64,000 nucleotides of DNA, taken from positions 11,408,001 through 11,472,000 of the forward strand of contig OX597834.1 in assembly GCA_951406725.2 (NCBI GenBank), written 5' to 3'. The stretch is from Octopus vulgaris (Eukaryota). Shown here one piece after another: positions 36,879 through 50,654 of the stretch (position 1 is its first letter; each line of letters opens with the position of its first letter). The notes under the pieces are model-generated. The model did not search any database. It was given only the letters and a program-made list of their open reading frames with translations, and was not told the origin of the DNA. Position numbers and translations under genes: made by a program.

Positions 36879-37108
36879 GGGCGGCGTGTTGGCAGAATCG
36901 TTAGCATGCTGGGCGAAATACGTTACTGTATTTCGTCGTCTTTACTGTCTGAGTTCAAATTCTGCCTAGGTTGACTTTGCCTTTCATTCTTTCGGTGTCG
37001 AGTAAATAAGTATCAGTTTTGCACTGGGGTCGATGTAATCGACTTAATCCCTTTGTCTGTCCTTGTTTATCCCCTGTATGTTTAGCCCCCTGTGGGCAAT
37101 AAAGAAAT
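36879..37108 (+). mobile_element. SINE family B with a probable TSD
   Basis: Flanked by ACATTAGGTTGACA and ACATTAGATTGACA. Confidence 0.85.
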
Positions 37109-37217
37109 TACATTAGATTGACAACATACTATAATTTTGCTCTTTGTTTTACATTATTTGAATTTCTGGCTATCCTTACCATTATAATTTCTTTTTAACG
37201 ACTATTAAGGAGGTGTA

Positions 37218-37590
37218 GTGGAGGTGCAATGGCCCAGTGGTTATGGCAGCGGACTCGCGGTCACAGGATCGCGGCTTCGATTCCCAGACCGGGCGTTGTG
37301 AGTGTTTATTGAGCGAAAACACCTAAAAGCTCCACGAGGCTCCGGCAGGGGATGGTGGTGATCCCTGCTGTACTCTTTCTCTCACTCTTACTTCCTGTTT
37401 CTGTTGTACCTGTATTTCAAAGGGCCGGCCTTGTCACCCTCTGTGTCACGCTGAATATCCCCGAGAACTACGTTAAGGGTACACGTGTCTGTGGAGTGCT
37501 CAGCCACTTACACGTTAATTTCACGAGCAGGCTGTTCCGTTGATTCGGATCAACCGGAACCCTCATCGTCGTAACCGACGGAGTGCTTCC
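37218..37590 (+). mobile_element. tRNA-derived SINE family C (tail type 2)
   Basis: Same head as 18136 but an unrelated 3' body. Confidence 0.8.
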
Positions 37591-39025
37591 CTAAGGAGAA
37601 GTGAAACCCGAATTGTTAGCACATCGGAGAAAAATATGCTTTGCATTATATCTTCCGATTCATTACGTTCTAAGTTCAAATCCCACCGTGTTGTGCTTTG
37701 CCTTTGGGTCGATAAAAATAGTATAACTTGACTTTCTCGGCTGAAAATGCCGGCTTTGTGCCAAATTTAGAAGGAAGTATTTATAGATGTTAAGAAGCTT
37801 TCGTGTAGTCTCTTAGTTAAATATTTTAAGGCTAAAGATTTGCCTCTGCATAAGTTCTTAAGTAAATAATTTATAAGATGAAATAAACTTTTGTTTATGT
37901 GCGTACTAAAATTTAGTGAAAATGGTGAAATGTACTGGACTTTCTTTTGTGAATTTTTCTCTACAACTGTGTGCGCCTATCACATTTATTTGGTTCCTTT
38001 GATGAAATTAGATGTTGGTGCAGTTTTTGTACATGATGTGTACTGTGAGGAATATTGGTTTGAAATGATAAATGGTGAGATTTCTTTGATGGTGTTGGAA
38101 TATAAACTATATTCTTTGGAATATAAACTTCAAAGAAAACAACAGTCACAATGAAAGTACAAAGCCTATTCAGAAAAATCTGTATGTATAAATCAGTTAT
38201 ATAAGGAGCTAACATTACACGTAACGAAACTAAAACGGCGGTAATTATGTAGGTTTAAGAACAAACTTTACTGACCTAATTCTCTTATTACCCTACAAAA
38301 AATCGGTGGGATGTAACACTAGCAACTTATAACCAGCTAAAAGAAGCAGCATACCCTATATTATTGAATGTTGAATCATAGATAATGCATTAATTAAAAC
38401 GCAATCAAATGTTTTACGTAACCTCTGCTCCCCGGGAATGGTTATCGATCACGAAACATCAAATTGGCATATTGAATAAGTGCATACAATGAGTCAGTTC
38501 AAACACTTATATACGTTATACACCTAAGAAAACCATATAGGCATCCCTGCAGGGGCAACATGGAATCCCGATAGACCACAGCTATTATTTTGTGTTTTAT
38601 ATTTTGTTCTCGGTAAATAATGTTTTGCGTCAAATTAGTAAGTGCGTTAGAGTACTATCCCATATAATGAAATCTCTTGAGGTATTTCCATAGAAATGAA
38701 TATACGGTAATTCAATAAAGCGGAATATTCCCTCCCTGCAATAGTTCGTTCTCAAATAGATTCACAAAGAAACGGCAACTCCTACATCATCTAATTATAC
38801 GTACGAATGCACTAGCATATGCATCTCAAAGGATACACAGACACACACACAACATATATACATAGACACATACGCACAAAGACAGTGAACCATTGAACCA
38901 AACTTGTTAGGCCAGAGGCTCAGAAATAATCTCAAAGAAAGAAAAAACAGAATTCAAGCATTTAATCGCTTAAAGATACTATATGTGCGTTTGCTTGTCA
39001 ACATCCCTTGCATGTCTACATACAA

Positions 39026-39073
<48 letters not shown>

Positions 39074-39132
39074 GTGTGTATATATATATCGTTATTGCCC
39101 ACATTTCTTCGTGTGTATGTATATATATATTA

Positions 39133-39165
<33 letters not shown>

Positions 39166-39198
39166 TTTTCTTCGTGTGTGTGTATATATTATTTCTTC

Positions 39199-39230
<32 letters not shown>

Positions 39231-39827
39231 CTTAATATATATATATATATATATAAATATAATATATTCATATATATATGTGTGTTAATATATATACATA
39301 CATACATATACACACATATATATATATATATATAAGATATATATATATATCTATGCATGCATATATATACATACATACGTAGATAGATACACAGACACAT
39401 TTTTATATATTCATATATATATATGTGCGTATATCTGTATGTACTGCATGTGTATTTGGGCGCGCTCGCCGGCGCGTGTGTTGCAAACAAATGTTTTGAA
39501 ATACATAAAGACAACTAAAAATGACTGACTGGAGAACTCAAATTCTATTTTATATGGGCAAATGTTTAAAATAATTCTATGAAAAATGCTTGTGTTTGAA
39601 ACAAAGAAAAGAGCTTTAGGGTTTATTAAAGACAAGTGAGAAAAAATAAGGGTCGGTAAAGGAATTTAATGAGTGTCTTAATTTACTAAGAAATAAATAG
39701 ACAAGAATGCCGCTCTCTGTGTGTTAATGTGTTAAGAAGCGACAAGGAAACGTTTTTGTTTTTTTTTTCAGAACAATGAACAATATGTTACTAAATATCT
39801 CAGAGAGATTTATGCAGTAGTGGTAAG

Positions 39828-39943
39828 ATAAAGTATTTGTATACTGTCAAATTAATGTGGCAGACCCATGAAGGGATTTATGCAGTTGTATGATTCCCTT
39901 CATGGGTTTATCACATTAAATTGATAGTATACAAGTACTTTAT
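39828..39943. repeat. Hairpin with 49-bp imperfect arms and an 18-nt loop
   Basis: ATAAAGTATTTGTATAC...ACCCATGAAGGGA pairs with TCCCTTCATGGGT...GTATACAAGTACTTTAT. Confidence 0.8.
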
Positions 39944-40333
39944 TTCAACAATATATTATTAGTAATGAAGTGACCAAAAACTGAGCGCAGTTTGTCTTGG
40001 TACCTTTCCTATGTAAAAGGTTCGCTGGCTGCAGCTCAGTTGAGCTAGACGGATTAAATAAGTGGCCAGTGTCAAAACTTGGAAGGATGAAAGTTTTAAT
40101 GCATATTCTCATAAAAAATAACCATGATTTTTATCACTAAATAATTTTAACATTATAATGTGCTAGTTGTTTAGGATTACTTGTCTCTTTAGGCTCACAA
40201 TGTCGTTACACATTCTGAATACGCACACATAAACGCTTTCGTACCTACACACACGCAGAAGTATGTATACGACTGTGCATCATTTTACTTATATATATAG
40301 AGAGATATATATATATATATATATTTATTTATT

Positions 40334-40732
40334 GAGGCGCAGGAGTGGCTGTGTGGTAAGTAGCTTGCTTGCCAACCACATGGTTTCGGGTTCAGTCCCA
40401 CTGCATGGCACCTTGGGCAAGTATCTTCTAGTATAGCCTCGGACCGACCAAAGCCTAGTGAGTGGATTTGGTAGACGGAAACTGAAAGAAGCCTGTGGTA
40501 TACATGTATATGTATATTTGTGTGTGCGCAGTTTTGTGTGTCTGTGTTTGTCCCCCCTCCCACATCACTTGACAACCGATGCTGGCGTGTTTACGTCCCC
40601 GTAACTTAGCGGGTCGGCAAAAGAGACTGATAGAATAAGTACTAGGCTTACAAAGAATAAGTCCTGGAGTCAATTTGCTCGACTGCTGGCAGTGCTCCAG
40701 CATGGCCGCAATCAAATAACTGAAACAAGAGA
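40334..40732 (+). mobile_element. SINE family A, full length
   Basis: Family consensus. Confidence 0.9.
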
Positions 40733-41611
40733 GTATGTATGTATGTGTGTGTGTATATATATATGTATATATATAAAATATATAAAATGTACTTGAAGCA
40801 AACTCTATAATGCAAATCAGCAAATATTTTATACACTACCTTTATATATTATAAACTAGGCATTTCGATTTCGTTTCGGAAGTGATTCGAATGTGCGTCA
40901 TTGATAAGCTAAAAATACAGTGAAATATGTATCTGAATCTTTCGTGAACACTTCTGGGCTTTATCGATTCGCCTAGCGCTGAAGTGTGTGCTGTGTTTGA
41001 ATTATACGTCTTTAAAGGGATTTTTCCGGGACGAAAGGCTGTAGCTCCTGGCATTTAAACTACACACCTACGTTCAACATGTGTCATTGATTATTTTTAT
41101 ATTCTCTTCCATATTCTGAATATATTGTAATTCTGTAACCTTATTGCAATACAGAAAAAAGTCTGTATACAACCTGTATATATTGCGTCATTAAAAGAAT
41201 TTTTCCCGGTGAAAACGCTGCTGATTCTGTATTATTAACAGCACATGTAAGTTAGGAATGTGGTACTGAACATGTATATGTAGATAGACATATGCGTATA
41301 TACGTGTGCCTGCCCATCTATATCTAAATATATCTACTTATACATTCTTTTATATTCTTTTATTTGTTTGTCATCTGACTGCGGCCATTCTGTGGCACCG
41401 CCTTTAGTCGAACGAATGGACTCCAGGACTTATTCTTTGTAGGCCTAGTACTTATTCTATCGGTCTCATATGTCGAACCACTAAGTTACAAGGACGTTAG
41501 CACACTAGCATCGGTTGCTAAGCGATGGTGTGTCGGTGAGACAAGCACAGACACAGAAACAAATACATACATATATCTAAATTAACTATTACTTAACTAT
41601 CCTCTCACACC

Positions 41612-41659
41612 GTCTCCGATGAAGGGATATAATAAATATCATGGAAACAACTGTAAGAC
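41612..41659 (+). ncRNA. Hammerhead-like motif (U4C core, partly decayed)
   Basis: GTCT-CCGATGA-A-GG-GATAT-AATAA-ATATC-ATG-GAAA-CAACTG-TA-AGAC. Confidence 0.55.
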
Positions 41660-41738
41660 CAGTCTATAAAAGTTCTAAAATCTACTCAGCTTTGGGTTTT
41701 TTTTATCTCATAACGCAAAAAATATTTACATACATACA

Positions 41739-41770
<32 letters not shown>

Positions 41771-41864
41771 CATATAAAACATATAATCAGTCGCCATGAT
41801 AGATCGTTAGCCACTACACACATTTTTTCTATCCTTTTTTTCCATCCTTGCTTTTTCCGTGTCC

Positions 41865-41900
41865 CTTTCTGTAGAAGAGCATAGGCTCGAAACGTAAAAG
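41865..41900 (+). ncRNA. Minimal hammerhead-like motif (A6U core)
   Basis: CTTT-CTGTAGA-A-GAGC-ATAG-GCTC-GAAA-CG-TA-AAAG. Confidence 0.55.
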
Positions 41901-43023
41901 ACTTTCTCTATTCCTGAGCGTTATACTAATACATCTGTTTGTTTTGTACAACACCTGTCTCCGTCTTTTGTTTTTTCGTAAACTCTCCCTATTTATGTAT
42001 GTGTATAAATATATATATCTATATCGGCAGGATTCTTTCAGTTTCCGCCTACCAAATCCACTTGTTTATCAACGGCTTTCTATTCTTATGAATTATCACA
42101 AAGTAAGCTATCTCTGTAACCCTTAGATGTTGGTAGATGCTTCTGAAGAGGAACAAGAGCTCAATTGATAAAGCTTAGTCCAATTATTTCTTTTTGTGCA
42201 TTTATCGTCTCGTAAACATAATGAGGTTAGTGTTAATTTTGACTCTTTAGCAACCGCTGGTGCTATTTTGCACCCCTTTTCTTATTAATCCCTTTGTGAT
42301 TTTTTATTGCTAGCGAGCCATTTATATTATAATGTTTTTAATATATCTTGTTACATTAATGTATCACTGTAGTATATTTTTCTATTGATTTATATAATCT
42401 ATGAACTCTTTCTTTTTTTTTATGTTTATAATTGATATATACACACATTTTATCTGTTTTGGTTATGGTATAATTTTGAAAATCTTAAATTTCATTTTTA
42501 TACAACATAATATTGCTTATAACATAATATTGTTTATAAACAATTACCCATTGGGCCCCAAAGCCAAATTTCCACCGTATTAACATCTTAGGTTTCTTAG
42601 CGCCTTGCCCCTTTAACAAGCAATTACCATCATGATTTAAAGTCTTCTCCTTCCCAGCCTCTTTTTATAGACAGTGATATCCAGTTGACTACTCCTAATG
42701 TCTTTTTTCCTTTCTGATGAAAGGATAATATTTATGAACATACACAGCCATGAACTGCCAACTGTTGTGCTTTATTCAAAATAGACACAGTCTTCTAGTC
42801 TTAGATTTAGTTGTTGATCAAGAGATAACTGAATTAGAAATGAATTACAATCCGCTACAACATAATATCCCCCAATAAGCTTCATGCGATTCTTGGAAGT
42901 GTAGTCTATTCTTAGCTACGATAGCGACAACATGAATTTCTTCCATGTTCTAGCAGTGTTAAAATATTTGGGAAAAATTATGTTAACGTGTCCAAATTTG
43001 TTAAAATTCTATTCATGTATTTG

Positions 43024-43109
43024 TGCAGCTGAAGATGGCACTGCATTTAAATTGATGTAATGATTGCATTGTTCAATTAAATGGAGTCGTTTGAAACGGT
43101 CGTACTGCA
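43024..43109 (+). ncRNA. Type I hammerhead-like ribozyme with a canonical core and a long stem II
   Basis: TGCAG-CTGAAGA-[57-nt imperfect hairpin]-GAAA-CGGTCG-TA-CTGCA, about 30 nt before a (TA)n tract. Confidence 0.65.
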
Positions 43110-43139
43110 TCTCTACTCGTTATCCTGTTGCTTATTTTG

Positions 43140-43170
<31 letters not shown>

Positions 43171-43280
43171 CTTACACACACACACATATATATATAGATA
43201 TATACATTATTATATACACATACATATGCATATATATATACACACATATATATATCTTCATATATACACACACATATGTT

Positions 43281-43311
<31 letters not shown>

Positions 43312-43830
43312 TTGCGCATATATATATATATATTCACACATACATATTTTATATATACTTACATATAGAAATGTTATGTACATATATGTGTTTATTAGTT
43401 TATAGTTACTGTATTAGTTGGTATATATATAACATCGGATATACGGTAGCCATTATTAATGATTTGATGTCCTTCGATACATTTATTATCCTTAAGCTAG
43501 AATTTCATTTCTTGCATTAAATTTCAAAATTAGTCACCCTCAAAGGAAAACTGAAGTACACAAATGAATAAATACATAAATCAATAAACTACTAATTAAA
43601 ATGTTCAAGGACGTAAAACGAAGTATATTGAATAATAACTATCAATTTGAAATGTTCTACTTTCCTAAGGACTAAATCTAAGGATGATGACGTAAATCAA
43701 CGTGCGCATAATAAACAAAAATAAAAAATATTGAGAAATGTATAAGATAATATTCATTATTATTTTTAATATTTTTATTATTATTATTTAATTATTATTT
43801 AATTATTATTATTATTATTTAATTATTATT

Positions 43831-44308
43831 AGGCGTAGGAGTCGCTGTGTGGTAAGTAGCTTGCTTACCAACCACATGGTTCCGGGTTCAGTCCCACTGC
43901 GTGGCACCTGAGTGGTGAACTGGTACTTATTTTAACGACTCCGAAGGGATGAAAGGTGAAGTGGACGTCTGCGGAATTTAAACTCGGAGCGTAAAGATGC
44001 TAAACATTTTGTCTGATATGCTAAATATTCTGCCAACTCGCTGCCAATCTTCAAGTGATACTACTACTACTACTACTAATAATAATAATAATAGGCGTGG
44101 GAGTGGTAAGCGGCTTGTTTACGAAGCACATGGTCCAGGTTCAGACCCACTGCGTGGCACCTTCGGCAAGTGTCTTCTACTATAGCCTCGGGCCGACCAA
44201 ATCCTTGTGAGTAGATTTGGTAGACGGAAACTGTAAGAAGCCCGTCGTATATATGTATGTTTGTGTGTCTGTGTTTGTCCCCCTAGCATTGCTTGACAAC
44301 CGATGCTG
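43831..44308. mobile_element. Mosaic of SINE fragments: A head (+), B (-), A (+)
   Basis: A head 43831-43909, reverse-complement B 43915-44045, A 44092-44308. Confidence 0.75.
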
Positions 44309-44922
44309 TAATTAATTATTACATATATTATTTACTGCAAATACTTGGATTTAAAGGTAACGTTAGATCTCAAAATCCGATCGGTTATTTCCCTCAAGAA
44401 CAAAATATCACACACAAAAAAAAAAATAACTCAAAATCATGCGAATCTTTACTCGAACAAAAATATGCAAAGACTATTCCGATTTTATTCCTCAAGTTTC
44501 CCCAGTAAAATACAAAACATATCAAGGGATAATAAGGAAGGAAATATTTCTATTCTATACTCATTTTTCACAACGCGAGTTTGTATGAAAAAAAAAAGCC
44601 TACGACAATATATTTGTGTTGAGCGGGGAAAGTATTCATGATCAGAAGAAAAAAAACTAACAAACTAATCACGAGCAACAATCAAACGAATTGAGAATCC
44701 AAATCATGAGGATTCCTCTAACACATGACGAGCGCAGAATTAAATAAACTAGACAATCCTATGTATGTACGTATGTATCTAGTTATCTATTTATCTATAT
44801 CTGTCTGTCTATATTTTTGCACACAAACATTTATAAACGTTGGTCTGACAACCTGTCAGATTCTAGTTTTTATTTAATGTTATACAAAGAGAAACTTTCG
44901 ACTTGTCTATGTAGATGCTTGG

Positions 44923-44980
<58 letters not shown>

Positions 44981-47424
44981 GTGAGTCTATGTGTGTGTGG
45001 GTGCGTGTGCTTTTGTGTGCAAAGCTGGTTATCCGTTACAAACTTACAGTAAATTAGACAACGTAAAGTTTTTGTTTTTCAAAGCTTTGAAGTTAAATAA
45101 TTATTCAGACAATAACGGTTTTCTTCGCTTTCTTTGTTTTAATATTAAGCTATGTACACACACACACACACGTACATACACATTTATGTATATACGTGCA
45201 TGCGTACATACATATGATTGTATATATTTATGTGTACATATGTATATACGTATGTATGTATATCTATCTATATATATACATAGATATACATGTATATATA
45301 CATAATATATATATGCATATATATATACATGCACATATATATATAAACACACACACACACATACACATATATATATATATAATTATTGCTTAAAACTGAA
45401 TACATGTATGTGCATGCTATGTATATATGCGTATCATTTCGCTGTGTGTGGTTGTGTACATAAATATAATGCATAGAAATACACGCTATTATATATATAT
45501 ATATATATATATATACATACGCACACATAAATTTATAACTATATATGTGTTTGTGTGTAAGAGAGAGAAAGAGTGATTGTGGCGGTGTATGGGACTTTAT
45601 TTTCTCTGTCTCTTTGTCTTTGAACAATATATTTAAAGATATTTCACACCCAACCATAAAGACCATAAAACACACAGAACAAATGCTCAAACGCTACATC
45701 AATAGACATTAGTCTCCTGCTCTTGTTGCTATCCAACCATGTCTTGAATTTACGTCATCTTATCTATAACATAACATGCAAGTTCTTCGAAATAATATAT
45801 TGTTTCTCTGTCTTTGTTGTTCTGTCTGTGTTGTGTTGTACGCGTGAAATGGAGTGAAACAATAGCCATGTATAAATGCTCAACACAGTTTGATGTCGTC
45901 GATGATTTTTGCTAGAGATAGCACATTTATCTTTAGTTTATTCTTATTTTTTTTGTATTTGAAATGTTGTTCGAGTCGTCGCCGCCGTTGTTATTGACGT
46001 TATTTTGTAGCTGTTCGGCCATGTTTTATTTGACCTGTGAACAACGCCATTAAAAACCGTTACCATCTTGTAACATGTATAGCCATTGTATCCAAGTACT
46101 AAATATTCCGCAGCTTGTAAACTAATATTAGAACAAGGTCTCACAGTCAAGTGACTGGTACACGCTTTACTGACACAGTGAAACGAATCGTTGAACTTCA
46201 GGGGATATGGAGGTGGAAATTATTACTGTAATTTATTTTACGCCATATTAGATAGATTAATAATTAAAGGGATTCTGTTATACTTTCTTTTTAAACGATT
46301 TTCATCCAAGCAAATGAAATAACAAGTGTCTGAATTATAGGGTTCCTTTGGCACACAATTTTAAGGAGTGCAAATATTTACGTTTTTTTACGTGAAGGTC
46401 CGAGAGGTATAAGCTTACCCTGAAAAAAACTGGAAATCAAAATTTCTAAAAGTATTTTTCCGCAACAAATAAAACAGAGATAATTAAGAAGAATACAAGA
46501 AAGAAATAAACAAATAAATGAAATAACAAAAAGCGAAACAGAATCAGACAAAACAGTAATATACACATATAGGCGATTCTATTACCATAATAGGTGGTGA
46601 TAAATATTTCAATATATTAAAGACGGAAAAAAAGATAAAGAACATTTAGAAAACAAATAGGTATATACATATAGATGGAAGTAGTTTCAAAAACGTGTGT
46701 GTGTGTGTCCATGTGAGTGTGTGTGTTTGAGCGTGTGTGCGTTCGTGCGAATGTATATATATATATATATATGTCCAAAGAAATGTGCACATACTAATAT
46801 ATGTGCGTATATATATAATGTGTGTGTGTGTGTATATATGTATTAGAATAAATAAAATATAAATACCTGTGAACATTTATAAGAAATATAACCAATTAAT
46901 ATGCATATATATATATATAATGTATGTGTGTATGTATATGTGTGTGTTTGTATATATATCTATGTGTGTATGCGTGTGTGGAATTTTATTAAATATCGTT
47001 AGTATAAAAAGAAAATATATTAATAAAACAAACAAAAATTCCTTTAGTAATAATAAAACATGCCCGAGGGAAGCTGTATGAAGAAATGTTCAATCGGATT
47101 AGTTTAAAATATATATTTGAAGGAAAATAAGAAAAAAAAATATTGTGATAAACAAACAACCAATTGTGTACAAGTATCCATTGGAAATTGACCACTTGTA
47201 CTTAAAAGTGATTATCGAAATTAAATGCTTAACTGAAACAAAATTGGTTCTGATAATGCCCCTTAGTGATGGTTAGATGAGAATAAAAATATTTTTCTCA
47301 GAAATATAGGAGCAAATGAATGTTAATCACAAAGGATAATGCAATTCTAAAATCAGCAAAAATTATGCCGCAATACTTTTTTGGAAGCCGACTATAAATG
47401 TCTCCTATTTAAGTTGATGTAATA

Positions 47425-47462
<38 letters not shown>

Positions 47463-48099
47463 GTATAGAAAGCTACATATGTATATGTATGTACGGGACT
47501 AAGTAATATGAAAGATAATGTTTATTTTTAATGCTGCCGTATTTTGAAATTGCATATTTTGCTTCGATTTCGTTAGTTCATGGCTTTTAGAATTTAGAAA
47601 TTGTTTATATATTGCTAATTCACTAATTAATGTAATTTAATGTTAAATGAGGAACAGAATTTTTTCTAATAATTAAAAATATCAAAATACATTGACGTGT
47701 TGATACGAATTTTATGAAGATTAATTAGGAAGAATATTTGGTAATCTTCAAATATTACGCTTATATTATTATGCAACTTGCTGCTTTTATACAAACATTG
47801 ATGCCAATGTCAATCTCATATACATACATAGATATATACAGGCATTATATATATATATATACACACAAAAATATATATACTTATGTATGTGTATATATAT
47901 ATATGCATATGTGTATATATATATATATACATATGTATGTGTATATATATATATATATGCATGTGTATATATATATATGCATATGTGTATATATATATAT
48001 ACATATGTATGTGTATATATATATATATATATGCATGTGTATATATATATGCATGTGTATATATATATGCATGTGTATATATATATATACATATGTATG

Positions 48100-48144
<45 letters not shown>

Positions 48145-48834
48145 GTGTGTGTGTATATATATATGAGACACAGATTGGCTTTATTTAAATATATGTACCC
48201 ACATATCCATATTTGATTCAACAATGATGATTAATATTTATTGTTAGAAACAATTGCGAAGATAGTATTTGTAGGTCAAATTTTAAAAGGTACAATTTTC
48301 TTAGTTAATTTTTGCTTTCTTAAGATTTTTTTTTTGTTTTAATATAAATAATTGCTTTGTTTTAGAATTATTGTTGTTGGTTGCTGTTGGGTTGGGTTAG
48401 TCGAGTTAGTAATATACATATCATAATGACATCACCGAACACACATTGGAATATACGACATAAATAGAAGGAGCTGGAATGGAGGCAACTACAGGATAGT
48501 TGAAGATACATATATATATATATATGTTTCGAGCATTATATCAACATGCGGTTTCTGATCATACATGATTATTGCTGCAAAATCCATGCTTCTTACATGG
48601 AGAGTTGGTTATTAGGTAGGTTATTAGTAACAATACAGAAATAGCAGCAACAGCGTTAGTAGTTGTGAGAGAAGTAATAATAAATAGCTGCAGAAGAACA
48701 TAACAAGAGGAGAAAGACAGAAAAAAACCCCCAGATTACCTCTGGAGAATCCCCGTTTGCATACAAGTAGAGATATGTGTATGTAATATATACATAAATA
48801 CATACATACATATATATACATATATATATATTTA

Positions 48835-48863
48835 TATAAGCTGTTATGAGTATATATTAGACC

Positions 48864-48903
<40 letters not shown>

Positions 48904-48924
48904 CTGTTATGAGTATATATTAGA

Positions 48925-48958
<34 letters not shown>

Positions 48959-49077
48959 CTGTTATGAGTATATATTAGACCTATATATATATATATAAGC
49001 TGTGGTGAGTATATATTACATATATATATATAAACAGTTATGTGTATATATTAGACCTATATACATATATATATACA

Positions 49078-49130
<53 letters not shown>

Positions 49131-49257
49131 CTGTTATGAGTATATATTAGACCTATATATATATATATAAGCTGTTATGAGTATATATTAGACCTATATA
49201 CATACATACATACATACATATATATATATATATAAGCTGTTGTGAGTATATATTACA

Positions 49258-49292
<35 letters not shown>

Positions 49293-49390
49293 AGTTATGA
49301 GTATATATTAGACCTATATACATATATGTGTATATATATATATATATATATAAGCTGTTATGAGTATATATTAGACCTATATACATACAT
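48835..49390. repeat. Minisatellite TAAGCTGTTATGAGTATATATTAGACC-(TA)n
   Basis: About 10 copies of a 27-bp core separated by (TA)n of variable length. Confidence 0.9.
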
Positions 49391-49814
49391 ATACATACAT
49401 AATACGTATATATATCTGTCTATGATGCTATTCATGCCGCACTTTAGCAATATATTGAATGTATTTCATTAATGTTCTGTTTGCGCATGAAATGTAAATG
49501 TGTGTTTATCTATCTATCTATTTAACTATCTATATATGATATATATGTATGATATGCATATATATAAATGATATGCGTATATATATATATATATATATAT
49601 ACAGATACATGTATATATATATATTTATATACATATGCATCATATATACGTATACATATATATATACGTAGACATATGCATCTTTATATATGTATACGTA
49701 ATATACGTATACATATCATATATATACATATATATATATACATATGTACATATGTATATATACATATATATATACATATGTACATACATATATACGATAT
49801 AGATACACATGTGC

Positions 49815-49845
<31 letters not shown>

Positions 49846-50042
49846 CATATATATATATATACATACATATATATATATACATACATATATATATATATAC
49901 ATACATATATATATATACATATATACATATATACATACATACCTACATACATATATATATATACACACGTATATATACAAACATATATATATAAAAATAT
50001 ATATATATATACAAACTTATATATACGTGCATATATCTATAT

Positions 50043-50086
<44 letters not shown>

Positions 50087-50374
50087 ATATTTTTGAATGT
50101 TACATAATAAAAACGTTTGATATAAAGGAGTTCTGTCTGAATGTTTATAGCTATTGAGTTTGGAATGTACAACAGCAGGAGGTGATTTGGCAAGCCTATA
50201 TCTCTTGAATAAATCTTATTGAATACTTTAAAAGAACAATCATTTCTCAAAAGATATTAGTTGAGTGTAGAATGTTTCCCAGTTGAAAGAAAAGTCTCTT
50301 ATCATCTGGCGACATTTACATGCATCCGTACATCTAGTCAACCGGACTCTAAGATTCTTTTATTTCCGCAGAAT

Positions 50375-50420
<46 letters not shown>

Positions 50421-50616
50421 TATGTGTGAGCGTGTGTGTTTGCGTGCGTCTGCCTTGATATGTACGATTGTGTGTATGGCACGTTAGAACATTTAAATGT
50501 TACAAATATCATGTGCTATTTTTCTAACCCAACGGAACTATGTAAATATAGACCGCCATGTTGAATCGTTAGCTCATGCACGCATTTTTTTTCTCTCCGT
50601 GTTTCTTTTCTGTATA

Positions 50617-50654
50617 TCTTTCTGTTGAAGAGCGTAGGCCCGAAACGTAAAAGA
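50617..50654 (+). ncRNA. Minimal hammerhead-like motif (A6U core) in an element of about 200 bp (50550-50752) homologous to 41790-41995
   Basis: TCTTT-CTGTTGA-A-GAGC-GTAG-GCCC-GAAA-CG-TA-AAAGA. Confidence 0.5.

Larger units (their letters stand above)
41345..42062 (-). mobile_element. SINE family A, 5'-truncated, with two unrelated inserts in its internal microsatellite
   Basis: SINE body at 41345-41560 and 42020-42062; inserts at about 41580-41730 and 41790-41995. Confidence 0.8.

Noticed and set aside
42713-42760. Isolated CTGATGA/CTGAAGA heptamers (also near 32406, 35313 and 42143)
   Set aside because: No matching stem II, GAAA and stem I could be built, so they were not counted as hammerheads.
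48835-49390. Repeat-spacer pattern resembling a CRISPR array
   Set aside because: The spacers are (TA)n rather than unique sequence, the context is a eukaryotic intron, and there are no cas genes.
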